Under the pieces are notes generated by a model that saw nothing but the letters and a program-made list of their open reading frames with translations, was not told the DNA's origin and ran no database searches. The translations under genes and the position numbers were made by a program. A stretch of DNA of 64,000 bases. Source: an uncultured archaeon. GTDB lineage: Archaea; Thermoproteota; EX4484-205; JAAOZP01. The first letter of the stretch is position 1. Every line of letters starts with the position of its first letter. Shown one piece after another: positions 31,077 through 40,663 of this stretch. The stretch spans positions 46,240-110,239 of the forward strand of contig CALIBN010000010.1 in assembly GCA_938045545.1 (NCBI GenBank). The letters are read 5' to 3'.

Positions 31077-31757
31077 CTAGCACGGATGTAGACGGAATAT
31101 CTCGTAAGTCAGCCAGGCCGCCACCGTCCAGGCTGCTAAAACACCGTCGTAGACTGAAACCTTCTCCCCCGTCACGCTCCATATTTCATCAGAGGGTCTT
31201 CCCCTAGGGTAGGCTCCGATTAGGAAGCATGTTGGAACACCGTCTTCTGAAACACTCTTAACGTAGTCTCGGATTTCAACCATCCTGCCAACATGTGTGA
31301 AGAGTATTCTACGAGGGTACTCGTCTAAAACCCTTAAAGCATCCTTTTTAGACACTGTTTCCATAAGGATTCTTCCACCCGGGCTCAGGATTCTGCCTTT
31401 GGAGAGAAGCTTCTCCATCAGCCCTATGAAGTTCCAGTAGGTCGCTGGAAACCTTATTCTCTCCCTCGGGACAATCCATTTTCCGGCTACAGTGTGCACC
31501 ACCACCCCTAGTTTCCCAGCCCTGTAGACCGGGGAGTCTGAAACTATTTTAAGACAGGTGTGTAAAATATCCGGCCGGCCTCTTTTCCAACTGTTTTCAA
31601 GCCTAAGAATAGCCTTATGGTGGATGCTTCTCTCAAGCATTGTTTCCAAGGGATTTTTACCCTTTTTAACAGCGTTTTTAACAACCTGCGGGTGGGCGGC
31701 AATCTCCCTGGGAACAAGCTCGAGACTCGAGTCGAAAAAGCATATGAGACTCTTCAT
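31077..31757 (-). CDS. nep1: rRNA pseudouridine N1-methyltransferase Nep1/Emg1
   Basis: SLELVP, RGRPDILH, RFP..Y..FIGLMEKLL, IGAYPRG. Confidence 0.92.
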   Translation of the reverse strand: MKSLICFFDSSLELVPREIAAHPQVVKNAVKKGKNPLETMLERSIHHKAILRLENSWKRGRPDILHTCLKIVSDSPVYRAGKLGVVVHTVAGKWIVPRERIRFPATYWNFIGLMEKLLSKGRILSPGGRILMETVSKKDALRVLDEYPRRILFTHVGRMVEIRDYVKSVSEDGVPTCFLIGAYPRGRPSDEIWSVTGEKVSVYDGVLAAWTVAAWLTYEIFRLHPC

Positions 31758-31819
31758 CCCTAGTCCTCCCCCTGCTAAACCTTATAAAACCTTTGCTTCC
31801 AGAGGGAGACTGAAGACTG

Positions 31820-32248
31820 TTGGAGGCTGTTCACGTTAAGGCGGTTCCGGCGGACATTCTGATAGAAAGGATTGCAGAATACCTTAGGGAGAACGTTAAA
31901 GAGGTAAATCCCCCTAAGTGGGCTCTTTTCGTTAAAACAGGTAGCCACAGGGAGAGGCCTCCGGATCGTTTAGACTGGTGGTATGTTAGAGCCGCCTCGA
32001 TACTCAGGAGGCTTTACATAAAGGGCCCGACGGGTGTTTCAAGGCTAAGGAAAGCATACGGAGGCAGGAAGAAATACCCGATGAGGAGGGCGCATAAGGT
32101 TAGGGCAGGTGGAGCAGTAATCAGAAAGATTCTTCAGCAGCTTGAAGCAGCAGGTCTCGTCAGCAAGTCGAACAAGGGCAGGTGGCTCACGCCGAAGGGA
32201 GTCTCACTCCTGGACAGGCTGTCCCGTGAGGCTGTTGGAAAAGGGTAG
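31820..32248 (+). CDS. rps19e: 30S ribosomal protein S19e
   Basis: VKTGSHRERPP, WWYVRAASILR, LQQLEAAG. Confidence 0.97.
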   Translation: MEAVHVKAVPADILIERIAEYLRENVKEVNPPKWALFVKTGSHRERPPDRLDWWYVRAASILRRLYIKGPTGVSRLRKAYGGRKKYPMRRAHKVRAGGAVIRKILQQLEAAGLVSKSNKGRWLTPKGVSLLDRLSREAVGKG

Positions 32249-32256
32249 TTGAAGAA

Positions 32257-32568
32257 ATGAGTGAGGACGAGGAGATTGCAAGAATACTTGAACAGCGGCG
32301 TAGACAGATGGAGAAGGATCTTGAGGAAAGAAGGCGTAGGCAGGAGGAGCAGACGGTTATAAAGACTTTAAGCAGGATTGTCTTCACTCCGGAGGCTAGG
32401 AGCCGTTTGAACAATCTCAGGCTGGTTAAGCCCCAGCTTGCAGAACAGGTTGAAAAATACCTTATAGCTCTGGCGCAACAGGGTAAGCTTAAAATACCTG
32501 TTGAAGACGAGTATTTGAAGGAGGTCTTGGAGAGAATATACTTGTCTTCAAAAAGAGGAATGAGGTGA
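32257..32568 (+). CDS. PDCD5-like DNA-binding protein
   Basis: TPEARSRLNNLRLVKP..A..VE..LI.LAQQG. Confidence 0.92.
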   Translation: MSEDEEIARILEQRRRQMEKDLEERRRRQEEQTVIKTLSRIVFTPEARSRLNNLRLVKPQLAEQVEKYLIALAQQGKLKIPVEDEYLKEVLERIYLSSKRGMR

Positions 32569-32574
32569 GGAGAA

Positions 32575-32730
32575 CTGGCTAGAAGCAAGACAGTTGGGAA
32601 GAAGCTACGCCTGCAGGCTGAGTTGAAGAGATCCTATTCCGTGCCAACCTGGGTAATAGCTAAGACACGTGGGAAAGTCAGGTTCACGCATCGTTGGAGA
32701 AACTGGAGAAGGAGCAGGATCAAGCTTTAG
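32575..32730 (+). CDS. rpl39e: 50S ribosomal protein L39e, CTG start (absent from the ORF track)
   Basis: ARSKTVGKKLRL...VPTWVIAKT...RNWRRSRIKL; in-frame TGA three codons upstream; SD-like GAGGTGA. Confidence 0.93.
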   Translation: MARSKTVGKKLRLQAELKRSYSVPTWVIAKTRGKVRFTHRWRNWRRSRIKL

Positions 32731-32741
32731 GGTGGTCGGCT

Positions 32742-33011
32742 ATGAGCAGTAAGGCTGAGGAGACTGTTTTCACAATAAATCTTTCAAGAGTCAAGAACGC
32801 ACCCTTCCCGGATAGGCGTGAGGTTGCTATTCGAAAGATCCGAGAGAAGGCTTCCAAGGCTTTCAAGGGTAAGAGAATAATCATGGGGAGTGATTTGAAT
32901 GAGTATGTTCACTCCAACCTCGGGAGGGTTTTGAAGGGTCGTCTGAGGGTTCTCGCCGTAGTTAAAGAGGACGAGGTTCTTCTAAGGCTCCAGAGTCAAG
33001 GTCAGCGATAA
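32742..33011 (+). CDS. rpl31e: 50S ribosomal protein L31e
   Basis: FTINLS, R..AIRKIR, LNEY; position between rpl39e and eIF6. Confidence 0.85.
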   Translation: MSSKAEETVFTINLSRVKNAPFPDRREVAIRKIREKASKAFKGKRIIMGSDLNEYVHSNLGRVLKGRLRVLAVVKEDEVLLRLQSQGQR

Positions 33012-33014
33012 GTC

Positions 33015-33683
33015 ATGGAAGTAGCAAGGGCCTCGATCTGGAAGACTCCCTTCATAGGAGCCTACTCAAAGGTCTTCGGGGTTAACGCTGTGGTCAATAA
33101 GAACGCGCCCCAGGGCTTCCTGAGGAGGCTTAGGGATTTTCTAAGAGTTGACTCGATAGCGTTGACAAACATAGGCGGTGTTCACGCTGTCTCGTCGATG
33201 ATAGCGGTGAATTCGAACTTCATAATCGCCCCGGACACTGTTGAGGATGAGGAGCTGAGGGAGCTGGAGTCGCTTGGAAAGGAGATAATGAGGGTTGAAA
33301 GCAGGCTTAAAGCATGGGGGAACATGATGATTCTCTCAGATAAGGGAGCGCTTTTCTCGACGAGGGTTCCAAGGAGCGAGGCTAAAGCGATAGTTGACTT
33401 CCTCGGGGTCGACTATGATTTCGCAAGCCTTGCCAACTATGTTGCGATAGGTGCTCTCGCGGTACCCGGTGAGGAGCTCTGCTTCGCCTCCAGGCTTCTG
33501 TCAGAGCGGGAGAAGAGGACTCTGGGAGACGTTTTGAAGCTCAGGGTTTACACGGTGTCGGTTAACGACGGGCTGGCTTTCATAAGGCTCGGAATGCTCG
33601 CAAGCCCATATGGGGTGCTTGTTGGAGAATCTACAACCGGGGCTGAGCTTATGAACATATCCTTAGCACTGAAAAGTTTTTAA
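33015..33683 (+). CDS. eif6: translation initiation factor aIF6
   Basis: PFIGAY, AWGN, SVNDG, VGESTTGAEL. Confidence 0.9.
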   Translation: MEVARASIWKTPFIGAYSKVFGVNAVVNKNAPQGFLRRLRDFLRVDSIALTNIGGVHAVSSMIAVNSNFIIAPDTVEDEELRELESLGKEIMRVESRLKAWGNMMILSDKGALFSTRVPRSEAKAIVDFLGVDYDFASLANYVAIGALAVPGEELCFASRLLSEREKRTLGDVLKLRVYTVSVNDGLAFIRLGMLASPYGVLVGESTTGAELMNISLALKSF

Positions 33684-33707
33684 CAACCCCCGTCTCCAGG
33701 CTCAGGC

Positions 33708-33914
33708 ATGCCCCTGTTTAAAGTGAAAGGCGTGTTTAGAAAGCCTTTGAGGGAGATCCCGTTCTCCATAAGCGTGGAGGCTCCTTCAGCGAAGATCGCC
33801 CTGGAGAAGACCTACTCCATGATAGGGAGTAGGCATCGTGTTAAAAGGGAGAATATTAAAATACTTAGCTTAGAGGAGGTTAAGCCTGAAACCGATGAGC
33901 GAGGAGGAGCTTAG
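33708..33914 (+). CDS. rpl18a: 50S ribosomal protein L18a/LX (eL20)
   Basis: ALEKTYSMIGSRHRVKR. Confidence 0.92.
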   Translation: MPLFKVKGVFRKPLREIPFSISVEAPSAKIALEKTYSMIGSRHRVKRENIKILSLEEVKPETDERGGA

Positions 33915-34311
33915 GAAAGCCATAACTGAGCTCAGGTCGTTCGAAACCATTATGGAGGAGCTTAGGTCGAGGTACCAGCTTGTAGTGGCATCTATAAACG
34001 ACCTCCAGGTTTCCAAGTCCGCCCTAGAAGAGATTTCTAAGGCGGGCGAGGGTGTTGAGCTTTTCCTGGACATAGGTGGAGGAGTCTACGGTAAGGCGGT
34101 TTTAAAAGACACTAACAGGTTTCTCGTAAACACCGGGTCGGGAATACTTATTGAGAGAAGCCTAGAGGAGACTCTTAAAATGGTTGAGAAAAGGCTTAGC
34201 GAGCTGAACGACGCGCGTGGATCCATAGAGACCCAGATGAGCAATCTCCAAGCCAGGATAGAGGAAAGCAGGAGCAGGGTTCAACTGCTTTACGAGAAGC
34301 TTAGGAAATAG
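33895..34311 (+). CDS. pfdA: prefoldin alpha subunit
   Basis: Coiled coils flanking IGGGVY...VNTGSG hairpins. Confidence 0.9.
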   Translation: MSEEELRKAITELRSFETIMEELRSRYQLVVASINDLQVSKSALEEISKAGEGVELFLDIGGGVYGKAVLKDTNRFLVNTGSGILIERSLEETLKMVEKRLSELNDARGSIETQMSNLQARIEESRSRVQLLYEKLRK

Positions 34312-35219
34312 TGCTCCTGATGAAGGTAGGCGAGCTTTTCAAGTCTCTCGTGGAAGCTGTTTCAACAAGGCCCCTCAGTCGCGAGAAGATCGAAGAGATT
34401 CTTGACGACTACGGGCTTAAACTCATCATCTGCGACGTGGCCCTTCCGCTAGTCGACGAGTTGAAGAGGACGCTTGCTGAAACCCTTGAGGGCCGGAGGA
34501 CTCCTCTTTTCGACAGGGATGCTGTTAAGAAACTCGTCGAACAGGAGTTGACACTTTTCCTCTTGAAAACGCTGGGCGATAGTCAGATCGACCTTGTCGA
34601 GGAGGCGCGGAAATCGCAGAAACCCTTTAAACTTCTTTTCATAGGCGTCAACGGTGTTGGGAAAACCACGACGATAGCTAAGGTTGCACACATGCTTAAG
34701 GAGAACGGTTTAAGCGTCCTCTTGGCTTGCAGTGACACTTTCAGAGCCGGGGCGGTTGAACAGCTAGGCCAACATGCTAGGGCGCTTGGACTGCCGATGG
34801 TTTTCAAAAAATACGGCTCAGACCCTGCGAGCGTAGGCTTCGAAGCGGTTCACCAAGCCTCTAGAAAAGGTGTGGACGCTGTCCTCATAGACACCGCTGG
34901 GAGAATGCATACCGACATAAACCTTATGGATGAGCTTAAGAAGATTAAGAGGGTTGTCGAGCCTTCATACACAATACTTGTCGTGGATGCTTTAACAGGC
35001 AACGATGCTTGGAACCAGGCTGCAGACTTCAGCAGCCACGTCGGCTTCGACGCAGTTATACTGGCTAAGTTCGACGCTGACGTTAAGGGAGGGGCTGCGC
35101 TCTCAGTATCCTTCATATCCAAGAAGCCCGTCATATACGTTGGAACAGGGCAGAAATACTCCGACCTTAAAAGGTTCAACCCTAAGGAGTATGTCAGCAG
35201 CCTAATGTCGCTTGTCTAA
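34311..35219 (+). CDS. ftsY: SRP receptor FtsY
   Basis: GVNGVGKTTTIAK, DTFRAGA, DTAGR, AKFDADVKGG, GTGQ. Confidence 0.96.
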   Translation: MLLMKVGELFKSLVEAVSTRPLSREKIEEILDDYGLKLIICDVALPLVDELKRTLAETLEGRRTPLFDRDAVKKLVEQELTLFLLKTLGDSQIDLVEEARKSQKPFKLLFIGVNGVGKTTTIAKVAHMLKENGLSVLLACSDTFRAGAVEQLGQHARALGLPMVFKKYGSDPASVGFEAVHQASRKGVDAVLIDTAGRMHTDINLMDELKKIKRVVEPSYTILVVDALTGNDAWNQAADFSSHVGFDAVILAKFDADVKGGAALSVSFISKKPVIYVGTGQKYSDLKRFNPKEYVSSLMSLV

Positions 35220-35265
35220 CACTGGGGGAAAAGAATATATCCATGCTTCCCGATTTAAACCCGGC

Positions 35266-35451
35266 ATGGGGCTTACGGACAGGGCTAGAACAATGGTTAG
35301 AGTGCTGAAGCTCAGCGAGAAACCCGACGTGTCGGAGCTGAAGCTGTCGCTAAAGATCTTTCTAATCGGAATCCTTATAGTCGGGGGAATGGCGTTCGTA
35401 GTGCATATTGTCGCTTCGCTCCTCCAGCTGACGGGCGTGAAGCTCGGATAA
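35266..35451 (+). CDS. secE: SecE/Sec61-gamma
   Basis: RVLKLSEKP motif plus one TM helix; between ftsY and spt5. Confidence 0.88.
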   Translation: MGLTDRARTMVRVLKLSEKPDVSELKLSLKIFLIGILIVGGMAFVVHIVASLLQLTGVKLG

Positions 35452-35467
35452 CGGGTTGTGAAGCAGG

Positions 35468-35944
35468 ATGAGCAGGAATAAAGCTGCGGAGCCAAAGTTT
35501 TTCCTCGTGAGAACATCCATAGGTCAAGAGATGTCTTCAGCCCTCATGATTAAAAACAGGTGTGAAGTCGAGGGTCTTCCGATTCATTCTGTAATAGTCC
35601 TGCCGGGTTTAAAAGGCTATATTTACATCGAGGCCGACTCCCCCTTCCCGGTTGAAGAGGCGATAAGGGATATTAAGCATGTTAAAAGGCGGGTTCAGGG
35701 CAGTCTCAGCGTCGACGACCTTAAAAGGTATTTCGAGGAGAAACCGGTTGTTACAGAGATTAAAGTAGGAGATATTGTTGAGATAGTTGGGGGCCTGCTT
35801 AAGAAGAACCGCGCCAGGGTTTTAGAGGTAAACCCTGAGAGGAACGAGGTTACGGTGGAGCTAGACGGCGCCGTAGCCCCGTTTCCGATAACGCTTAAAA
35901 TGGACAGCGTAAGGGTTGTTGAAGAGGGTCAAGGTAAGCTTTAA
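35468..35944 (+). CDS. spt5: transcription elongation factor Spt5
   Basis: TSIGQE, LKGYIYIEA, KOW GDIVEIVGG. Confidence 0.95.
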   Translation: MSRNKAAEPKFFLVRTSIGQEMSSALMIKNRCEVEGLPIHSVIVLPGLKGYIYIEADSPFPVEEAIRDIKHVKRRVQGSLSVDDLKRYFEEKPVVTEIKVGDIVEIVGGLLKKNRARVLEVNPERNEVTVELDGAVAPFPITLKMDSVRVVEEGQGKL

Positions 35945-36022
35945 ACCGGTTTACCAAGGCTTGAGTCCTTAGGAAATATTTTTAAGGCTTGCAGGAGCCT
36001 CACGCCTGAAAGGTGTTTAAAA

Positions 36023-36514
36023 CTGGCTAAGAAGACTCTCAGTCTGATAGTGGAGGGCGGCAACGCTTCACCCGGGCCACCCTTGGGTCCAGCCATAGGC
36101 CCCCTAGGGATTAACGTTGGGGCCGTGGTGGCCAAGATAAACGAGGTTACGAAAGAGTTTAAGGGGATGAAGGTCCCGGTTGAGCTCGAGGTGGATACTG
36201 ATACGAAGCAGTTCATAGTTACTCTTAAAACCCCCACCACCTCGGCTCTGATAGCTAAGGAGGCTGGGATAGACAAGGGGTCTGGAACACCCGGCAAGGA
36301 GACTAAGGGAAACCTGAGCTTCCAGACGGTTGTTAAAATAGCTAGGATGAAGATGAACGACACCTATTCTAAGACGCTTAAAGGAGTGGTTAAGGAGGTC
36401 CTGGGGACTTGTCAAAGCATGGGTGTGACGGTCGACTCCAAGCCGCCGAAGGAGGTTATTAGGATGCTCGAGAAAGGAGAGTACGACGAGGCTTTAAGCA
36501 GGGAGGGCGCGTAG
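36023..36514 (+). CDS. rpl11: 50S ribosomal protein L11 (uL11), probable CTG start
   Basis: AKKTLSLIVEGGNASPGPPLGPA...GTCQSMGV; SD-like AGGTG upstream of CTG. Confidence 0.95.
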   Translation: MAKKTLSLIVEGGNASPGPPLGPAIGPLGINVGAVVAKINEVTKEFKGMKVPVELEVDTDTKQFIVTLKTPTTSALIAKEAGIDKGSGTPGKETKGNLSFQTVVKIARMKMNDTYSKTLKGVVKEVLGTCQSMGVTVDSKPPKEVIRMLEKGEYDEALSREGA

Positions 36515-36515
36515 A

Positions 36516-37193
36516 ATGTCAGCAACGCTTTCAGTCAGCAAGAGTTCGCTGGAGGATGCATTAAGGAAAGCCGTTTCCCCGGAGCACAGTAGGCCTAGAA
36601 AGTTTCTGCAGAGTGTTGAAATGGTTGTGTGCCTAACCGGGGTAGACCTGTCTAAGACGGATCAAAGGTTCACGGAGCTCGTGGAGCTTCCGCACAGCCC
36701 CTATAGGGCGCAGCCTAAAATATGCGTTTTCACAGACGGCTCCTTGACTACTGAAGCAAAGAATCTTGGGCTAGACATTCTTTCAAGAGAAGCTTTAAGC
36801 AGCATGGCTGGTAAGAAGAAGAACTGTAGGAAAATCGCGCAGTCTTATGATTTCTTCATAGCCGAGGCGCCGCTAATGCCGTTGGTCGGCAGGGTGCTAG
36901 GCCAGTTCCTCGGACCCAAGAACAAGATGCCTATACCGGTTCCACCAGCCTCGTCAATAACGCCGATTGTTGAAAGGCTCAGGAGAAGCGTGCGGCTTGT
37001 GCTTAAATCCAGCCTCGCTGTATCGTGTAAAATAGGGCATGAAGAGATGCCTGTTCAGCAGCTTCTGGAGAACGCTGGCACAGTCCTGTCGACGGTTGAG
37101 AGAAGGCTCCCTCATTCAGGATCAGTGAGGTACGTAGGGTTTAAGACAACCATGGGCAGGATTGTTAAAGCAACAAGGGAGGCTAAGGCTTGA
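36516..37193 (+). CDS. rpl1: 50S ribosomal protein L1 (uL1)
   Basis: RKFLQSVE, YDFFIA, LGPKNKMP, KTTMG. Confidence 0.96.
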   Translation: MSATLSVSKSSLEDALRKAVSPEHSRPRKFLQSVEMVVCLTGVDLSKTDQRFTELVELPHSPYRAQPKICVFTDGSLTTEAKNLGLDILSREALSSMAGKKKNCRKIAQSYDFFIAEAPLMPLVGRVLGQFLGPKNKMPIPVPPASSITPIVERLRRSVRLVLKSSLAVSCKIGHEEMPVQQLLENAGTVLSTVERRLPHSGSVRYVGFKTTMGRIVKATREAKA

Positions 37194-38038
37194 GCCAGCA
37201 GGTTCTTAAGGCAAGGGTTGTTGACGAGATCCTCCGCCTATTAGATTCAAGCAGGACGGTGATGCTCGTCAACACTTTCAGGGTTAAGTCCGTAACGATA
37301 AACGAGGCCAGGAGGAGGCTTAGGGGGAGAGCTATTCTGAAACATGTTAAGACAACGCTTCTGCAGAAGGCTGCTGAGAAAACAGGCTCGCAAGCTTTAA
37401 GAGAATTCTTAAAGAAGCATGCTTCCAAGGGCTCGGTGATGCTGATTGTTTCAAACGAGGATCCATATGTGCTTCAGCAGGAGCTTAAGAAATATTCAAT
37501 AAGGCTGCCTCTTAACGCCGGTGACGTTGTAGACAGGGAGATAGTTGTCCCCGCGGGAAACACTGGTCTTCCAGCCGGCCCAGTGATATCTTCTCTAAAC
37601 GAGGTTGGCCTGCCGACGAGGATTGAAACTGGAAGCATATGGATAACCAAGGACACCGTGGTCGCGAAGCCCGGGGACGTGGTTACGCCGCAACTAGCCT
37701 CTGTCCTCTCGAAGCTTAACATAAGGCCGGTTGAAGCATTCATAAAATCATACGCAGCTATTCACAACGGTATAGTATACAGCGAGGAAGCCCTCTCAAC
37801 AACCTTAGAGGATATTGTGAAGGAACTTTCTAGGAGCGTTGAAAACGCTTTTAAGCTGTCCGTTGCAGCATTCTTCCCGACGCCCGAAAGCCTTAGAATA
37901 ATGCTTAGAGAAGCCTTCTCTAAGGCGGTTACACTAAGCCTTAAAGCATATTACTACGATGAGAACACGGTTAAAATACTGTTGCAGACGGCAAGAGCCG
38001 AGGCACGCCAGCTTGAAGCCGTGGTTGGAAAAACTTAG
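37190..38038 (+). CDS. rpl10: 50S ribosomal protein L10/P0 (uL10)
   Basis: PAGNTGLPAGP, GLPTRIETG.I.I. Confidence 0.93.
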   Translation: MSQQVLKARVVDEILRLLDSSRTVMLVNTFRVKSVTINEARRRLRGRAILKHVKTTLLQKAAEKTGSQALREFLKKHASKGSVMLIVSNEDPYVLQQELKKYSIRLPLNAGDVVDREIVVPAGNTGLPAGPVISSLNEVGLPTRIETGSIWITKDTVVAKPGDVVTPQLASVLSKLNIRPVEAFIKSYAAIHNGIVYSEEALSTTLEDIVKELSRSVENAFKLSVAAFFPTPESLRIMLREAFSKAVTLSLKAYYYDENTVKILLQTARAEARQLEAVVGKT

Positions 38039-38184
38039 ATCCTGGAGTTTTGACGACGTGGCTAAGGGGACGTTTCAACCAATTTAATGCTTAAAGAGGT
38101 TTTAGCAGGCTTAAAAGATGTTTGAAAAGTGAATAAAAGCTTAAAAACACCCCGTGTAAGAATGCTCAGAAAATTCTGAGGTGG

Positions 38185-38487
38185 ATGCTGATGTCTGAAT
38201 ACATCCATGCGGCACTGCTCCTGCATTCCGCGAAGCAGGAGATTACAGAGGATAGGATAAAAGCCATAATGAGGGCTGCAGGCATAGAGCCGGATGAAGC
38301 CAGGATTAAAGTACTTGTCTCCTCGCTTTCAAAAGTGAACATCGACGAAGTACTGTCAGCGCCGCTGGCAATAGGCCCAGTAGCCCCAGCTGCGCCAGCA
38401 GCTCAGCAGGCGCCGGCTGAGAAGAAGGAGGAGAAGGAGGAGAAGCCAGCCGAGGAAATGGCTGGGCTTGGTGCACTTTTCGAGTGA
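38185..38487 (+). CDS. rpl12: 50S ribosomal stalk protein P1/L12
   Basis: [10 protein letters not shown], Ala/Glu hinge, GLGALF. Confidence 0.96.
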   Translation: MLMSEYIHAALLLHSAKQEITEDRIKAIMRAAGIEPDEARIKVLVSSLSKVNIDEVLSAPLAIGPVAPAAPAAQQAPAEKKEEKEEKPAEEMAGLGALFE

Positions 38488-38789
38488 CAATTCTCCGACA
38501 GTACGAATACCTTCACCCAGCTATAGTCTAAGCTTATGCTGGGAAACGTGTAAGATTTCAGTCGGCGAGCATGTTGAAACATGACTTTTATCTTTTCGTT
38601 TCAGATCTATAGGCAGTATATATTATTTCCTGAGCCCTATAGCCGCCATAACCGGAAACCGGCGGCTGGCTTCTGCTAACAATAGAGTTAACGAACATTC
38701 TAATCAAGTACTCATGCGGCTCACTTATCTCCGGCAGCGGAGGAGTTCGATCTTGATTTTGCCATCCTCCGAATAATTTCTATTTCTAG

Positions 38790-39414
38790 TGTATAGCACT
38801 ATCTTTTTCTGCAAGATTGCACAATATGGTTCCTTGACTACCGTATAGCTCAACCGGCCATTGTCACTTTTTTTGGGTCCAGCTAACATTCGCAAGCGCG
38901 TGAACAGAATTCTCAAACGGGATTAGAACCATCGCATTATCCTCAACCTCTATGCTTTCTATGTTTTTTGTTTATTTCAGCAGAAACGCTTACCTACTGC
39001 ACCTTCGTTTAACATTTCTTTTGCCTTAACATGCTGAGGCAGAAATCTATTTTGAAAGTCAACACCAAAATACAAGCCTCTTTTCCTGGCTTCATCCACC
39101 ATTTCTTTCGCTTCCTTTAAGTTTAACGCTAGGCTTTTCGCAAAAACATTTATGTTCGACTTAATCACATCTAAAGTTATATCTCTATGAGTAAAAGGAG
39201 CGTGCAAACGCTTATCAAATCTAGATCATTTTTACCACATCCTCATGGTTCCTGTAGGCTTTTTGCATTAAATTCTTTAGACAATGATTCAGCCGCCCCT
39301 TTACAATATCGGAAACCGCTACAATTTTAACGAAATCTATCTTCGAGTCGCCGTTGCGTGTATTCTGGCTATTCCCCCGCTTTCTATTATTCCAACTTTT
39401 ATTTCTTTGCTCAC
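38790..39414 (-). pseudogene. decayed Gfo/Idh/MocA oxidoreductase
   Basis: Fragments across frames: IKVGII..GGIARIHA, LALNLKEAKEMVDEA...FQNRF, IEVEDNA...ELYGSQG. Confidence 0.7.
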
Positions 39415-39699
39415 CGTTAGACTAGACACTACCAGACCAGTTAATAAATTAAATGTTATAGCACGCTTACTACCGATATGTTAAGAACCTCCTCTTTTAA
39501 ACGCATGCTAATCTTTCCCTCGCATACCGGGTTGCCGTCTGTGTTTCAACTCCCCATCGAAGTTACCATAACAAGTGGATGAAGAAATAAGAGGTTTAGG
39601 CTGTTTTTCAACCAGAAAAGCCTTGGAAATAGACTCAAAGACAGCCGGCGAGAATGAAAACTTTTTAAACCATCACATTCATTTTTAACTGGAAAACAA

Positions 39700-39790
39700 G
39701 GGCCGATCGTCTAAATGGTTAGGACACCTGCCTGACATGCAAAATGCACAGCAGGCGCAGGAAATTGCGGTTCGAGTCCGCGTCGGCCCA
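39700..39790 (+). tRNA. tRNA-Val(GAC) with 18-nt intron (39738-39755)
   Basis: Acceptor GGGCCGA/TCGGCCC, anticodon stem CCTGC/GCAGG with loop CT-GAC-A, GGTTCGAGTCC. Confidence 0.88.
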
Positions 39791-39924
39791 CTTATCCTCA
39801 TTGCACGCTTTAGTATTAAGAATGGATCTCCATTTCTAAGCACGCGATTTGAAATTGGGGAAACCTTTTTCCAAGGGCGCTTACAGTTATGCTTAAAAAC
39901 TAAATCTCACGACAATATTATGGG

Positions 39925-40663
39925 ATGAACAATCCCGAGCTAGGGAAGCGTTTCATCGATTCAATAGAGTATCTTAGAAGGATGGATTTCTTTAGGGATT
40001 ATTCCAATTTAGCATCAGAGGAGATCCTCGATAAGGATCTTCAACGGCGAGATAACATACGAAGCCCAGTGGTTCGTTGAGAAATGGCCTGGGGGGGAGC
40101 GGAGGAAGGAGAAAGAAAAGGGAGAGACATACGGACAACTTTTGAAGAAGTCATTAGAGGAGCGCGAGGAATACTGGATGAAGGTAAGCGATTCCAGGGT
40201 AGATTTGAGGATGACCCACTTCGACGTCAAGAGAGTTTTTGCTGAGGATGCCGAGACGATTGTGATGGAGGGCATGGGGATAAAGTTAATGGAAAAGCTC
40301 GCCAGGATATCTAGAGGTTTATTTAACCCGATCGACATTAGAGAAAAATGGAGAGAGTGGAAGGGCAGGCTCCCTCCTGAGACCACTCCGCAAGTGAAGG
40401 AATATTTTGATCGCGACCACGGACTTTGGAGCAAGCGCAGCGTATCCTTTAAGTTTAAAAATGAAGAGCATGCCGTGGATTTCTACTGTGAAGGCGATTA
40501 TCTATTGATTGATCTCGCAGTTAAGAAAATAAATGAGCTCATCAAGGATACGGGGTATCAGTATTACTGGCTTCATGACACTGGCTACATCGCCTACATT
40601 GTCCTCTCGGAAGATGAGGCCGAGAAGCTAAGGGAAAGATGTTGGAAGCTCTCCTCGCTTTGA
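39925..40663 (+). pseudogene. copy 3 of the repeated immunity-like family, full length with one frameshift near 40033
   Basis: MNNPELGKRFIDSIEYLRRMDFF... then FDVKRV, LARISRGLFNP, INELIKDTGYQYY, KLRERCWK; aligns end to end with 53830..54510. Confidence 0.85.

Noticed and set aside
18504-34220. RY runs inside core genes (e.g. CACGCGCAC in rpl18, TCGCGCGC in rpl24, ACGCGCGT in pfdA)
   Set aside because: They sit within intact reading frames and lack the TAG/CTA flank; treated as background, and the reason a statistical test is needed.
38894-39206. AAGCGCGTG (38894) and AGCGTGCA (39199) as junction motifs
   Set aside because: Both lie inside the continuous Gfo/Idh/MocA pseudogene and encode ordinary residues (VHAL, VCT), so they were not counted as junctions.
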